From the NCBI GenBank assembly GCA_048886685.1, contig JBHLKM010000012.1, positions 81,676 to 145,675 on the forward strand: a stretch of 64,000 nucleotides of DNA, read 5' to 3'. Positions 30,211 to 40,887 of this stretch are shown piece by piece. A program made the position numbers and the translations under genes. This DNA comes from Candidatus Hodarchaeota archaeon. Its GTDB lineage: Archaea; Asgardarchaeota; Lokiarchaeia; Sigyniarchaeales; SOKP01. The stretch's first letter is position 1; every line of letters begins with the position of its first letter. Below the pieces are notes generated by a model. The model was not told the DNA's origin, did not search any database, and saw nothing but the letters and a program-made list of their open reading frames with translations.

Positions 30211-32094
30211 ATGAATGACCAAAAAATAGAAACGGATTCTGATAAAACACTGCAAAGCGACGAAAAAACGCAACCATATATTATATCCAAAGAAGAATAT
30301 GATCTCAAAATAAAACCATCTTGGGAAAAGAAAACGCCATTGATTTTACAAGGCGCAGCAACGATGGGTCAATATACACCTGAAACTAAATATTCTATAG
30401 GACTTAGAATAGAAGAACATGCAGCAGAATACCCAGATAAATTAGCTCTATTATATGAAGATGAAAGATATACTCATAAAGAATTTAATGAATGGATTAA
30501 CCGGTATGCTAATTATTTTCTTAAATTTGGTCTCAAGAAAGGGGATATAGCTGTTGTGTTCGTTGAAAATCGGTCCGAGTATATGTTTATAATCGCTGCC
30601 ATGGGCAAATTAGGGGTCATATCTTCATTAATTAATACAAATCTGCGTAAAAAACCACTTATTCATAGTATAACACATACTCCCGGAAAAATATATATAA
30701 TTGGAGAAGAACTTTTCCATGCATTTGAAGATATTAAATCTAAAATAGAACTATCTAATGAACAAAAAGAGGGACTCTTTTTTTTACCGGATAGAGGAGA
30801 ACTAAAGCCACCTGAGGGATATATCAATCTTAAAGAACAAATTATGGATTCTGAAATTACTAATCCACCTACAACTTCAGAAATTATAATGAAAGACCCA
30901 TTTGTCTATATTTTTACCTCGGGAACCACTGGACTTCCGAAGGCGGCGATTCTGCAAAATCGCTCAATTTTGACTGCGATGAGATGGTGGGGAGCTATGG
31001 TAGTGGGAATGGAAACTGATGATGTAATATACATCACAACCCCGTTATTCCATAGTCATGGAATTAAAGTAGCTTTTGCTGCTGCACTTTATAATGGATC
31101 AGCAATGGCAATCGCTAGAAAATTTAGTGCTGGTAAATTTTGGGATGAAGTTAGGAAATTCAATGCTAATTGTTTTAATTATGTAGGAGAAATATGCAGA
31201 TATCTATATAATCAACCTCCAAAACCAGACGATGCATATAATCCCGTTGTTAAGATAGTAGGGAATGGACTTAGACCTGATATCTGGTTAGATTTCAAGA
31301 AAAGATTTGATATCAAAGAAATTAGAGAATTTTACGGAGCTACTGAGGATTTTGTTCCTAATTTTGCAAATATACATAATCTTGATAACACTTGTGGAGT
31401 ATGTTTAACACCTTATGCTATTGTTAAATATGATATTGAAGCAGATCAGCCGTTCAGAAATGAGAGAGATCGAATGAAGAAGGTAAAGAAAGGCGAAATT
31501 GGGTTGTTATTAGGCCAAATCATAGATCCCGATAACTTTTACATGTATATAGATGAAAAAGCTACCGAAAAAAAAGTTTTTCGTGATGTCCTCAGAAAAG
31601 GTGATATGTATATTAACACAGGGGATTTATTGAGAGATATTGGTTACGGACACGTTCAATTTGTTGACCGTTTAGGTGATACATTTAGGTGGAAAGGCGA
31701 AAATGTGTCTACCGAGGAAGTAGAAGCTGTGATCAACGGTTTTGATCTTATTGATATGTGTTGTGTTTATGGTGTTCTAATACCATATACTGAGGGTCGT
31801 GCAGGGATGATGTCAATACATAAAAGCTTTGATGAAGAGATCGATTTCAAGACTTTTTTAAGTTTTTTACAAAAATACCTACCAAATTACGCGATTCCTA
31901 AGTTTATTCGAATTATTGATGAATTCAGCTTTACTGCTACCCATAAGATTCAGAAGATAAAATTAAAAGCAGAGGGATACAACATTAATGAGATAAAGGA
32001 CCCATTATTTGTTCTTTTACCAAACAGTTCTCAATATGTATCCCTCACAAATGAAATTTATCAGGAAATATTAGAAGGAAAACACCCCTTCTAG
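30211..32094 (+). CDS. long-chain acyl-CoA synthetase (FATP/VLACS type)
   Basis: YIFTSGTTGLPKAA, YVGEICRYL, FYGATE, DRLGDTFRWKGENVST. Confidence 0.93.
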   Translation: MNDQKIETDSDKTLQSDEKTQPYIISKEEYDLKIKPSWEKKTPLILQGAATMGQYTPETKYSIGLRIEEHAAEYPDKLALLYEDERYTHKEFNEWINRYANYFLKFGLKKGDIAVVFVENRSEYMFIIAAMGKLGVISSLINTNLRKKPLIHSITHTPGKIYIIGEELFHAFEDIKSKIELSNEQKEGLFFLPDRGELKPPEGYINLKEQIMDSEITNPPTTSEIIMKDPFVYIFTSGTTGLPKAAILQNRSILTAMRWWGAMVVGMETDDVIYITTPLFHSHGIKVAFAAALYNGSAMAIARKFSAGKFWDEVRKFNANCFNYVGEICRYLYNQPPKPDDAYNPVVKIVGNGLRPDIWLDFKKRFDIKEIREFYGATEDFVPNFANIHNLDNTCGVCLTPYAIVKYDIEADQPFRNERDRMKKVKKGEIGLLLGQIIDPDNFYMYIDEKATEKKVFRDVLRKGDMYINTGDLLRDIGYGHVQFVDRLGDTFRWKGENVSTEEVEAVINGFDLIDMCCVYGVLIPYTEGRAGMMSIHKSFDEEIDFKTFLSFLQKYLPNYAIPKFIRIIDEFSFTATHKIQKIKLKAEGYNINEIKDPLFVLLPNSSQYVSLTNEIYQEILEGKHPF

Positions 32095-32133
32095 AAAAAT
32101 TCCTACTTTTATTGTATCCGTCTAAAAATCTTC

Positions 32134-33225
32134 TTATTTATACCAAAATTCAGAAGAAGATATATATTTCTTAATTTTTGAGAAGGGGCAAACAGCGATG
32201 CAATTCCCACAATCACTTGAATTTTCAATCCAAAATTCAAAACACTTTTCAGCATCAATATAGTATTTCTTTACACCTGGATTATTAGAAATATTTACGC
32301 CACTGAAACTAGGTTCTTTCTCTGTTGTTATTGCTTCAGTTTCACAAACTTCAGCACATTTAAGACAATTTGCACAAAATTTTCCGACTTTATTTATAAA
32401 TTTCATATTTGGTTCATCTGAAACTAAGGGTAAATCTGTGAATACTTTGCAGATCCTCACTCGTGGTCCAAATTCAGGTGTGATTAAGAGTCCTAATCTG
32501 CCAATCGCGCCAAGTCCAGCATCAATAGCCAACGGAATGCTTAATGCAGTGTCATTACCACATTGAATCGCTCTATATCCTAAATTCCTAATAAATTCTC
32601 CTAAACAAGATATTACAAAAGCCATCTGCGAATAAGCTAAAGCCACAGCTGCTGCTGCGGGTTGTGCTGGTGCGGTTGAAATCGCACCTTCATCCATTTC
32701 AATTGCCATGACGATTACCTTATTCATTCCCTCTGGTAAATTGATTGGTGTCTCTAATATAGATCCTGAGGTATTACCTCCCCTTACCTTCTTTTTTGAA
32801 TCTGCTTCACTCATTGAAGAGGGTCTCACAAACCCATCCTTATAAATCCACTTTTCATTAACATCTGCAATTCCGACTAAGGAGGCACCATAAAGTTTGG
32901 CTGCTTTTTTTACTTGCTCTGTAAAATTTTTATAATCTTGAATATGATACTTTTGTTTCATCCAATTTATACCATAACCAATATCCATCAATTTTTTTCT
33001 CTCCCAAGTGAACGCATATGGAAATTTCTCATAAACAGTCCAACCTGCAGCAACAAGGGCAAAATCAATCCTAGAATAGCCCTCTTTATGGGAATTTATG
33101 TGTTTTTCTATATTTGCTTCGAACATTTTACCATAAGTAGGTAGAGATTTATCCCATAATCTCCGATATATCATATTATTTTTCTCATGAAAACGCTGGT
33201 ATACAGTTTCATCTATTTCATACAT
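32134..33225 (-). CDS. reductive dehalogenase-like protein (RdhA; cobalamin plus two 4Fe-4S clusters), no TAT signal
   Basis: FIRNLGYRA, SIPLAIDAGLG..GR.GLLITPEFGPRVR, CANCLKCAEVC, CFEFW...CGNCIAVCP. Confidence 0.88.
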   Translation of the reverse strand: MYEIDETVYQRFHEKNNMIYRRLWDKSLPTYGKMFEANIEKHINSHKEGYSRIDFALVAAGWTVYEKFPYAFTWERKKLMDIGYGINWMKQKYHIQDYKNFTEQVKKAAKLYGASLVGIADVNEKWIYKDGFVRPSSMSEADSKKKVRGGNTSGSILETPINLPEGMNKVIVMAIEMDEGAISTAPAQPAAAAVALAYSQMAFVISCLGEFIRNLGYRAIQCGNDTALSIPLAIDAGLGAIGRLGLLITPEFGPRVRICKVFTDLPLVSDEPNMKFINKVGKFCANCLKCAEVCETEAITTEKEPSFSGVNISNNPGVKKYYIDAEKCFEFWIENSSDCGNCIAVCPFSKIKKYISSSEFWYK

Positions 33226-33400
33226 AGCTTAGAACCTAATTCCATCAGTATCGTTATAATAGTATTTCGTCAAAAAAAATAAAAGTTTATGATAATGAAC
33301 AGAAATTTATTGGAAAAATTCGCAATGAAGAGTGATATAAAACATTTGATATATTGAGTATAAGGGATATAAAAAGGAAGGTAGATTATTTACTATAATT

Positions 33401-33784
33401 ATGGTGGAAGCTAGATTTATAAATCAGATAGGTTTTGGCGTGGATCAACACGGACATAATAATGATTGCACTAATGCCGCAATTAAGGCAATTAAGAATG
33501 CAATTTCAAATAATTGTTTATGTGGTCTTTCAGAAATATGTAATTTCAGAGAACCAAAAGACATTAACCGGATGATGGTTCATGTGAAGATTGGAGCCCC
33601 ATATCCAGATAATATTGATGAAGAGAAAGTTTTAGATGCTATTCCTTTTGGGGAAAAGTCTATTGATGTTGTTAAAGGAGGATTAATTACAGAAGGAATA
33701 ATGATCAAGGAATTAGGTGACACTTCAGATGAGATTATAGTATGTAATGCAGCTGTTACAGTTTTAATTAAGACTCTAGATTAA
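33401..33784 (+). CDS. Lin0512 family protein
   Basis: GFGVDQHG..CT.AA.KA..NAI, PFG, VVKGG, NAAVTV. Confidence 0.85.
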   Translation: MVEARFINQIGFGVDQHGHNNDCTNAAIKAIKNAISNNCLCGLSEICNFREPKDINRMMVHVKIGAPYPDNIDEEKVLDAIPFGEKSIDVVKGGLITEGIMIKELGDTSDEIIVCNAAVTVLIKTLD

Positions 33785-33836
33785 GTTCATATACCGTTAA
33801 AGATTTTTTAATGAAAAAAATAGAAAATTATTCTTA

Positions 33837-35093
33837 TTAAATTGCTTTTTTTACAATCTCAGAGAGATCTAAAGCTTGAATTTCATCGTCATTAATGTTA
33901 TTTTTAAACTGATTTAGACAGAACGGGCAACATGAAACAATCATTTCGGCAGATGTCTCTTTTGCTTCTTCTATACGTTCATTTGCAGCAAAAGCAGATA
34001 AGTCTTTGAATGCTGATCTAACACCACCTCCCGAACCGCAGCACCAAGCATTATGTCTATTTCGGGGCATTTCTAATAATTCAAGGCCAGGAATATTTTG
34101 CAGTACCGCTCTTGGTGCTTCATAAATACCCATGTGACGACCGATATGGCATGGATCGTGATAAGTGATTTTCATGTTAATTTCTTTGGTAAAGTTCAAC
34201 TCCCCATCACTTAATTTACCCAATAAAAACTCAGGTAGATGTTTAACTTCAATTCCATGTTCAAGGCCAAATTTATTTGGATAAGTATCTTTCCAGGTTC
34301 TATAACATCCAGCGCAAGATGTTATAATCTTTTCTATTCCAGTATCTTTAAAATTTTTTACATTTGTTTCCGCTAAGGTTTTTGCTTTTTCCAATTGACC
34401 AGTCATAAAAACAGGGGATCCACAACAGCTTTCATTGGTAAGAATTCTGAAATCAACTTGTAAGGAATTGAGTATTTCCGCAGTGGCGGTTGCAACATCC
34501 TGTTCTCTATAACTAGATGTACAACCAACAAAATATGCTAATTTGGCGTCGGGTGTTTGTTTAATATGCGATGGCAACCAGTTTAATCTATCTGCATGTT
34601 TTTCCAAATATGGATTTTTTTCTTCCATAATATGCTCTGTATAAACTTTTTGTTCAGGCATTGGACCATAACCTTGGTTAACAGCTTCTTCTCTCATAGC
34701 CATTAACCATTCTCCAGCGTAATTATGAAGTTCTGGTATTTGACATTGCTGTACGCATGCCATACAAACAGAACATTGATAAAATATATTAGCTAGATTT
34801 TCCGTCCATTTGAGCTTGCCTGATGTCACTGCCCAAGTTAACAGGTTTTTACCTCCAAGATAATATGATTCAAACTTTCTAAATTCTCCTGATGGACACA
34901 CTGTTGCCCAATCAGCATCCTGATATACAGTTCTACAAGTACCACATTTCCCGCATTGGTATATAATGTCCTTATAATGATCTATGCTCTGGTGTCTATC
35001 AATCTTATGAATCTCTTGTCTAGTATCAATTTGTATAACACCCATTCCTTTAACATATTTAACTTTTTTTGCCGTATTAATCACCCCAACCAT
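33837..35093 (-). CDS. Fe-S oxidoreductase with CCG domains (GlcF/HdrD-like), copy 1
   Basis: CGKCGTC...CP, CSVCMACVQQC, CCGSP, YHDPCHIGR, CCGSGGG, CPFC. Confidence 0.9.
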   Translation of the reverse strand: MVGVINTAKKVKYVKGMGVIQIDTRQEIHKIDRHQSIDHYKDIIYQCGKCGTCRTVYQDADWATVCPSGEFRKFESYYLGGKNLLTWAVTSGKLKWTENLANIFYQCSVCMACVQQCQIPELHNYAGEWLMAMREEAVNQGYGPMPEQKVYTEHIMEEKNPYLEKHADRLNWLPSHIKQTPDAKLAYFVGCTSSYREQDVATATAEILNSLQVDFRILTNESCCGSPVFMTGQLEKAKTLAETNVKNFKDTGIEKIITSCAGCYRTWKDTYPNKFGLEHGIEVKHLPEFLLGKLSDGELNFTKEINMKITYHDPCHIGRHMGIYEAPRAVLQNIPGLELLEMPRNRHNAWCCGSGGGVRSAFKDLSAFAANERIEEAKETSAEMIVSCCPFCLNQFKNNINDDEIQALDLSEIVKKAI

Positions 35094-36498
35094 GTCCAGG
35101 GTTCATTATCTTATTAGGATCTAAGAGATTCTTGACTTTTTTTATTAATTCTTTTGTAGCAGGGAGAGTCTTCTCTTCGTAAATTTTATGAGCCCATTCT
35201 GGGGCTTTATACATTACAACCCCGTCTAAAGAAGAGACCTCTTCATGAATTTCTTTCAGAATTTCTCGAGCTGATTCAATTTCGTTAGTATTATATTTAT
35301 TAAAATTAATATTAGTACGAGCAACGCAATAATGACCTCCAAATAAAAGTCTAGAATAAAACTGAGGTGTATGACCGTGTTTGAGAGAAATTTCTCTTGC
35401 TAATTCGTAATATTTTACAATGTCTCGAGTTGAACAATAACTCCCAATCCATTGACCACCACCCCCTCTAGAGAAATTCCAAGCACCCCAAGCTTGCATA
35501 GGCAGTACTAGGTTATAGGCATCCGCTCCCCCTGGCAGTTCCATGATGCCCGCTTCTTTATATATTTGTTCAATTGCTTCACACTGGGCCTCATGTTGTT
35601 TCTCAGTATAAGCCTGTGTAGTGACCGCTCCGATGAAATCTGGCAAATTAGCTTTTAATGGATCTAACGGTACCTTTTTTTCATAAGCACCCACACCGGC
35701 TTGAACCCAACCATAATTAAATACAAATATATCACATATTCCTAATCCTGCTTTTGAGAGCTTTAACAATACTGGGATTCCTATATCAAATGTCTTTCCC
35801 ATAAGGGTAAAAGTTTTTCGAAAAGGTAATTTAGGCCATAATTTGATAGCAGCTTTCGTTACAATTCCAGTGGATCCCTCCCATCCAATGAATAATCCTG
35901 CTAAATCAGGTAATGGTTGTCTACCATACCAACAATCAGATAAACTACACGATCCTACCCTTACTAATTCACCTGAACCTAAGACTACTTCTAATCCATT
36001 TATAAACTCCGCACCCGTGCCACCAAGCATTCCTAAGTTAAACATACCATAACACAAACAAGATGCTACAACACCCGTTCCTGGAGGTGAAAAAGTGATA
36101 CCTGCCATAAGATTGGGATGATTCTTTTCGATATATCTTTGTAAATCTGCCCATGTTGTACCTCCTTCTATTAATGCATACATATCATCTTCATTTACTT
36201 CAATTACTCGATTTAAACGTCTTAAATCAATAACAATCCCTCCTTTTAGAGGTGTAGCAGTCGATCCAAAATTTATACCAGATACCCAAGGGATAACAGG
36301 AATTTTATATTTGTTTGCTAATTTTACAATTTCTTGTACCTCTTCTGCCGTATTTGGCATAATTACGATATCACATTTGCCCTCAGGTTCAGCAGTAACA
36401 AAATCATAATGATATAGAAATAATTCTTCTGGTTTATCTGATACAAAGTGCTGTCCTACAATATTTTCTAATTCAGAAATAACTTCATTATTATTCAT
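35077..36498 (-). CDS. FAD-binding oxidoreductase (VAO/GlcD family), copy 1
   Basis: P..AEEVQEIVK.AN, IDLRRLNRVIEV, PDLAGLFIGWEG.TGIVTK, LDPNKIMNPG. Start at ATG 36498 after GGTGA, matching the paralog. Confidence 0.9.
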   Translation of the reverse strand: MNNNEVISELENIVGQHFVSDKPEELFLYHYDFVTAEPEGKCDIVIMPNTAEEVQEIVKLANKYKIPVIPWVSGINFGSTATPLKGGIVIDLRRLNRVIEVNEDDMYALIEGGTTWADLQRYIEKNHPNLMAGITFSPPGTGVVASCLCYGMFNLGMLGGTGAEFINGLEVVLGSGELVRVGSCSLSDCWYGRQPLPDLAGLFIGWEGSTGIVTKAAIKLWPKLPFRKTFTLMGKTFDIGIPVLLKLSKAGLGICDIFVFNYGWVQAGVGAYEKKVPLDPLKANLPDFIGAVTTQAYTEKQHEAQCEAIEQIYKEAGIMELPGGADAYNLVLPMQAWGAWNFSRGGGGQWIGSYCSTRDIVKYYELAREISLKHGHTPQFYSRLLFGGHYCVARTNINFNKYNTNEIESAREILKEIHEEVSSLDGVVMYKAPEWAHKIYEEKTLPATKELIKKVKNLLDPNKIMNPGHGWGD

Positions 36499-36899
36499 TT
36501 TATATTCACCCTTAATTATAAGTATAAGTGAGTCCCTTATATAAAAATTATCAATCCAAAAACCATTTGAAGTTTTAAAAGGAGATGTAAGTACGGGAGA
36601 AAAAAAGATTAATGATTTAGGTTTCAAGCCAAGTTAAATTCTTATATTTATTGTGGTTGTTAAAAATTCAGATGAAATTTAGCTTTTCTTATTGCATACC
36701 TAATATCCAATTGTAATAACTACATTTGTATAAAAACAATATAAATTTAAATTTAAAGGAGAATAATAAAAAATGATTTTTATATGGTGTGGGTAAGGAT
36801 TTTTAACTAATATTGCTTTTATTTTAACAGCTAGAAGTAAAATATCAGGTAGTATCATCCCAAAAATCCCCAAACTTTTACATTAATTAGAGAAATAAT

Positions 36900-38225
36900 G
36901 TGAGAAAATTGGATACTGAAACATATCTAAAATATAAAAAACTAAGTAGAGGAAATTGGGGAAAAGACCTCTCTATGTTGAAAATGATGTATGTAGGATT
37001 ATTAAATCAAATGAAAGATGAGGTACTAACCCCAATTAACGAAATGTTATTAAATTATTTCCTTGCTATCCCTAAAGCAAGAAAGGAAGGAAAAACATTC
37101 ATTATGCACCCATTTAATTACGGACCAGAAATATTTTATTCAATGAATTTAGTACCTCTAATGCAAGAAACTTATAGTGTTGGATTGGCACCTTTACATC
37201 TTAATGAACCCTATATTGATCTCGCTAACAAAATAGGCTACGGAGATAACCCAACGTTATGTAATGCTCAAAGACCATTAATTGGTTCTTATATGCAAGG
37301 AGTAGCTCCAATTCCTGATCTATTGTTCTTTCTATCAACTCCGTGTAATTCCCTTGCCATGACTTATCAAGTTTTTGAACAGTTAGCGAACATCCCTACG
37401 TTTAAAATTGATATTCCGTATTGGACTTATGGGAAAGTTGGAGAATTTAATGATGATAAAGTTATTGATTATACTATTAATCAAACTAAAGATTTAATAT
37501 TGTGGTTAGAACAAAAAACAAAGCAGAAATTAAATTTAAAGAACTTGCAGGAAACAATGATTAAAGTAAATCAGGCTAGGCAATATATTTTAGAATTTAA
37601 CGAACTCTTAAAAGCTGTTCCTTGTCCAGTTAATAGTCAAGCTAGTACAGGGAACTTTCTTTCAATGGTAGGTTGTGGCGGAACGGATGAGGCTGTTAAA
37701 TCTACTAAATGGTTAAGAGACAATGCAGCAGAAAATGTTAAAAATGGTGTTGGAGGCATACCTGATGAGAAAATAAGGATTGCTTGGCCTTATACTCATA
37801 TTTTTTTTGATGGAAATTTATTAACGTGGTTAGAAAAAACATTCCAAGCAGTGGTCATTATGGATATACTAGGATTTTATCAAGTCTTACCTCATGATGT
37901 CTCAACAATTGAAAAATGTTATGAGAGTTTAGCAAAAGGAACTTTGGATTTTTCGATGATCGGAACATGTAGAGGTCCGATCGAGTACTATATTGATTTT
38001 TTAATAAATTATGTTAAGGATTATAAAATAGATTGCGTGATAATGCCAATGCAGTTTGCCTGTAAGCATGCTTATTCAATGGCGAGAGTTAGCATAGAAG
38101 CAGTGCGAGAAGAAACCGAAGTTCCAATTTATGTCTTCGGTTGCGATCCTTACGATTCACGTGAAGTAACCTCAGAATCTATAAGGGGAGGTATTTCAAA
38201 TTTTATAACTCAAGTTGTAATTTAA
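36900..38225 (+). CDS. 2-hydroxyacyl-CoA dehydratase / benzoyl-CoA reductase family subunit (alpha-like, copy 1)
   Basis: LCNAQR, STPCNS, EKIRIAW, DYKIDCVI..QFACK. Confidence 0.85.
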   Translation: MRKLDTETYLKYKKLSRGNWGKDLSMLKMMYVGLLNQMKDEVLTPINEMLLNYFLAIPKARKEGKTFIMHPFNYGPEIFYSMNLVPLMQETYSVGLAPLHLNEPYIDLANKIGYGDNPTLCNAQRPLIGSYMQGVAPIPDLLFFLSTPCNSLAMTYQVFEQLANIPTFKIDIPYWTYGKVGEFNDDKVIDYTINQTKDLILWLEQKTKQKLNLKNLQETMIKVNQARQYILEFNELLKAVPCPVNSQASTGNFLSMVGCGGTDEAVKSTKWLRDNAAENVKNGVGGIPDEKIRIAWPYTHIFFDGNLLTWLEKTFQAVVIMDILGFYQVLPHDVSTIEKCYESLAKGTLDFSMIGTCRGPIEYYIDFLINYVKDYKIDCVIMPMQFACKHAYSMARVSIEAVREETEVPIYVFGCDPYDSREVTSESIRGGISNFITQVVI

Positions 38226-38427
38226 AGAAAGTTAATTCGTATTGTTCGTTCTTTAACTTTTCAATACCATATATATAAAGCAATTGAAAAAGAAAGCGTA
38301 TCCTTATACCGACTAATTTTCAAAAAAAAAACATTACTTTTTTAAATTTAAGCAGCATAATTAATAATTAAAAATTAATGTAAAATCCAAGTATTATCTT
38401 AACATTAATTAAATTTGCGATTAGATC

Positions 38428-39549
38428 ATGACTGTAATGGAAAAATTTACCCAAACGATTCCACTCGTGAATCCTTGGATTAATGATTGGAAAGATGAGG
38501 GTAAAAAGGTTTTAGGATATTTTTGCTCATATATACCTGAAGAAATTATCTATGCAGCTGATATTTTGCCAATCAGAGTGAAGGCAAGAGACTGTACTGA
38601 TACACCAATGGGGGATGCATATATGACTCCAACTGCATGTAGTTTCACAAGATGCTGTCTTGAATTAGCAAATAGGAATGAATACAATTTCCTAGATGGA
38701 ATTGTTTCTTGTAATTGCTGTGATCAGATTAGACGTCTTTATGATAACATAAGATATAAAGCTCCACTCCCGTTTCATTATATCATGGGAATTCCTGGTT
38801 ATGTAAGTAATACCACATTAGAATGGTTTAAACATGAAATAGTTAGGTTTAAAGAAAGCTTAGAAAAGCATTTTGACATAGTAATTTCTGATGAAAAACT
38901 AAGGAAAGCTATCGAAATCTATAATAAATCTAGGACACTTCTTAAAGAGTTGTACATGCTCAGAAAGCAAGATAAACCACCTATTTCTGGCACCGAAATG
39001 AATACTATTATTTCAGGAGGAGTTTCGATTCCAAGGGAACAATTTAATGAACTTTTAACCCAAAAACTTAAAGAAAGCGAAGGAAAGGAGGGTATTTCTG
39101 ACTATAAAGCACGAATAATGGTAATTGGAAGCATGCTTGATGAGCCAGAATATATGAAAACAATCGAAGATCTAGGAGGATTAGTTGTAACAGATTCTCT
39201 ATGTCTCGGGACTAGATATTTTTGGGATTTAGTTGATGAGACAAAAGACCCAATTGATGGACTTACAGAACGTTATTTATCAAAAATCTCATGTCCACGT
39301 ATGACTGACGGACAACCTAAGAGAGAAGAATTTATGATGGATCTCATTAAACAATTCAATGTGGATGGAGTCATCTTTCAAAGAATAAAGTTTTGTGCAA
39401 TCTGGTGGTCAGAGATATTTATGCTACGTAATAAATTAGAGAAAGAAAGTATCCCCTTTCTCGAATTGGAAAGAGAATATGTGTTGAGCGGTGCTGGAGC
39501 CATGAAGACTAGAGTTCAAACATTTATGGAAATATTAGAAGGAAGGTGA
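38428..39549 (+). CDS. 2-hydroxyacyl-CoA dehydratase / benzoyl-CoA reductase family subunit (beta-like)
   Basis: GYFCSYIPEEII.AA, CSFTR, CCDQIRR, VDGVIFQRIKFC, TRVQTFME. Confidence 0.9.
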   Translation: MTVMEKFTQTIPLVNPWINDWKDEGKKVLGYFCSYIPEEIIYAADILPIRVKARDCTDTPMGDAYMTPTACSFTRCCLELANRNEYNFLDGIVSCNCCDQIRRLYDNIRYKAPLPFHYIMGIPGYVSNTTLEWFKHEIVRFKESLEKHFDIVISDEKLRKAIEIYNKSRTLLKELYMLRKQDKPPISGTEMNTIISGGVSIPREQFNELLTQKLKESEGKEGISDYKARIMVIGSMLDEPEYMKTIEDLGGLVVTDSLCLGTRYFWDLVDETKDPIDGLTERYLSKISCPRMTDGQPKREEFMMDLIKQFNVDGVIFQRIKFCAIWWSEIFMLRNKLEKESIPFLELEREYVLSGAGAMKTRVQTFMEILEGR

Positions 39550-40871
39550 GGAAAATGGATGAAGAAACATTTAACAAATATAAAAAACTTGGAAGAGGTA
39601 GTTGGGGAAAAGATTTAGGTCTTTGGAAAACAATGTATACCGGTTTTGTTAATCAAAATAAAAATTTAGAACTTACCCCAATTACAGAATTATTATTTGA
39701 TGTATTTCTAAGTATTCCTAGAGCACGAAAGGAAGGAAATCCAATTATTATGCATCCTTTCAATTGCGAACCTCCGATATTTCATGCAATGAATATAGCC
39801 CCTTTAATGCAAGAAATGTTTAGTGTAGGATTAGCTCCCTCCCATCTAAACGAATTTTATATTGATCTAACTAGTAAAATGGGATATGGAGATAATCCAA
39901 CTCTTTGTAATGCCCAGAGACCAATAATAGGATCTTATATGCAAGGAGCCGCACCTATACCTGATCTCCTTTTTTACGTATCTACACCGTGTAACTCTCT
40001 TGCGATGAATTATCAAGTCTTCCAAAAGTTAACAGGAGTCCCATCATTCAATATGGATATCCCATATTGGGCTTATGAACAATCCGATGAGTTTTATGAT
40101 GAAAAAACGTTAGATTATATGATTTCTCAAATGAAAGATCTTATAAATTGGTTGGAAAAAGAGACTAAACAAAAACTTAATCTTGAAAAACTTCAACAGG
40201 CTATGATTTGGATTAATGAAGCAAGAAAAAACGTGTTAGAATTTAATGAACTACTAAAAACGGTTCCCTGTCCTGTACCAAGTATCTCTGGTTTTGGAAA
40301 TTTTTTTGCAATGATAACTCGCGGTGGTACTCAAGATGCTGTAAAAGCCACTAAATGGCTTCGTGATACAGCAGCAGAAAATGTCAAAAAGGGGATTGCA
40401 GGAGTCCCTGGCGAGAAACTAAGAATTGCTTGGCCCTATACCCACGTATTTTTCGATCAAGAGCTCTTACCATGGATAGAAAAGACTTTTCAATCCGTAG
40501 TAATCATGGACTTGCTAGGATATTATCCAGTTTTGCCTCATGATGTCTCAACAATAGAAAAATGTTATGAAAGCCTCGCGACAGGAACTTTAGATTTCTC
40601 CATGATTGGTTCTTGTAGAGGTCCCGCAGAATATTATGTAGATTTTGTCTTAAATTATGTAAAAGAATATAAAATAGATTGCGTTATAATCCCTATGCAG
40701 TTTGCTTGTAAACATGCATATCTTATAACTAGGATAGCTGCTGAAGCAGTGCGTGAACAACTAGGAATTCCTACATTGATTTTTGGGTGTGACCCATATG
40801 ATTCAAGAGAGGTTACCTCTGAAACAATAAGAAGTAGGATTTCAGATTTTTTAACTCAAGTCGTTTTGTAA
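39546..40871 (+). CDS. 2-hydroxyacyl-CoA dehydratase family subunit (alpha-like, copy 2)
   Basis: Same 441-aa length and shared motifs with 36900..38225. Start overlaps the upstream stop (GTGA). Confidence 0.85.
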   Translation: MRKMDEETFNKYKKLGRGSWGKDLGLWKTMYTGFVNQNKNLELTPITELLFDVFLSIPRARKEGNPIIMHPFNCEPPIFHAMNIAPLMQEMFSVGLAPSHLNEFYIDLTSKMGYGDNPTLCNAQRPIIGSYMQGAAPIPDLLFYVSTPCNSLAMNYQVFQKLTGVPSFNMDIPYWAYEQSDEFYDEKTLDYMISQMKDLINWLEKETKQKLNLEKLQQAMIWINEARKNVLEFNELLKTVPCPVPSISGFGNFFAMITRGGTQDAVKATKWLRDTAAENVKKGIAGVPGEKLRIAWPYTHVFFDQELLPWIEKTFQSVVIMDLLGYYPVLPHDVSTIEKCYESLATGTLDFSMIGSCRGPAEYYVDFVLNYVKEYKIDCVIIPMQFACKHAYLITRIAAEAVREQLGIPTLIFGCDPYDSREVTSETIRSRISDFLTQVVL

Positions 40872-40887
40872 AGGGGATATATATAAT

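Noticed and set aside
36499-36627. 43-aa N-terminal extension of FAD oxidoreductase copy 1 in the ORF track
   Set aside because: Absent from the paralog, and ATG 36498 has a GGTGA ribosome-binding site.
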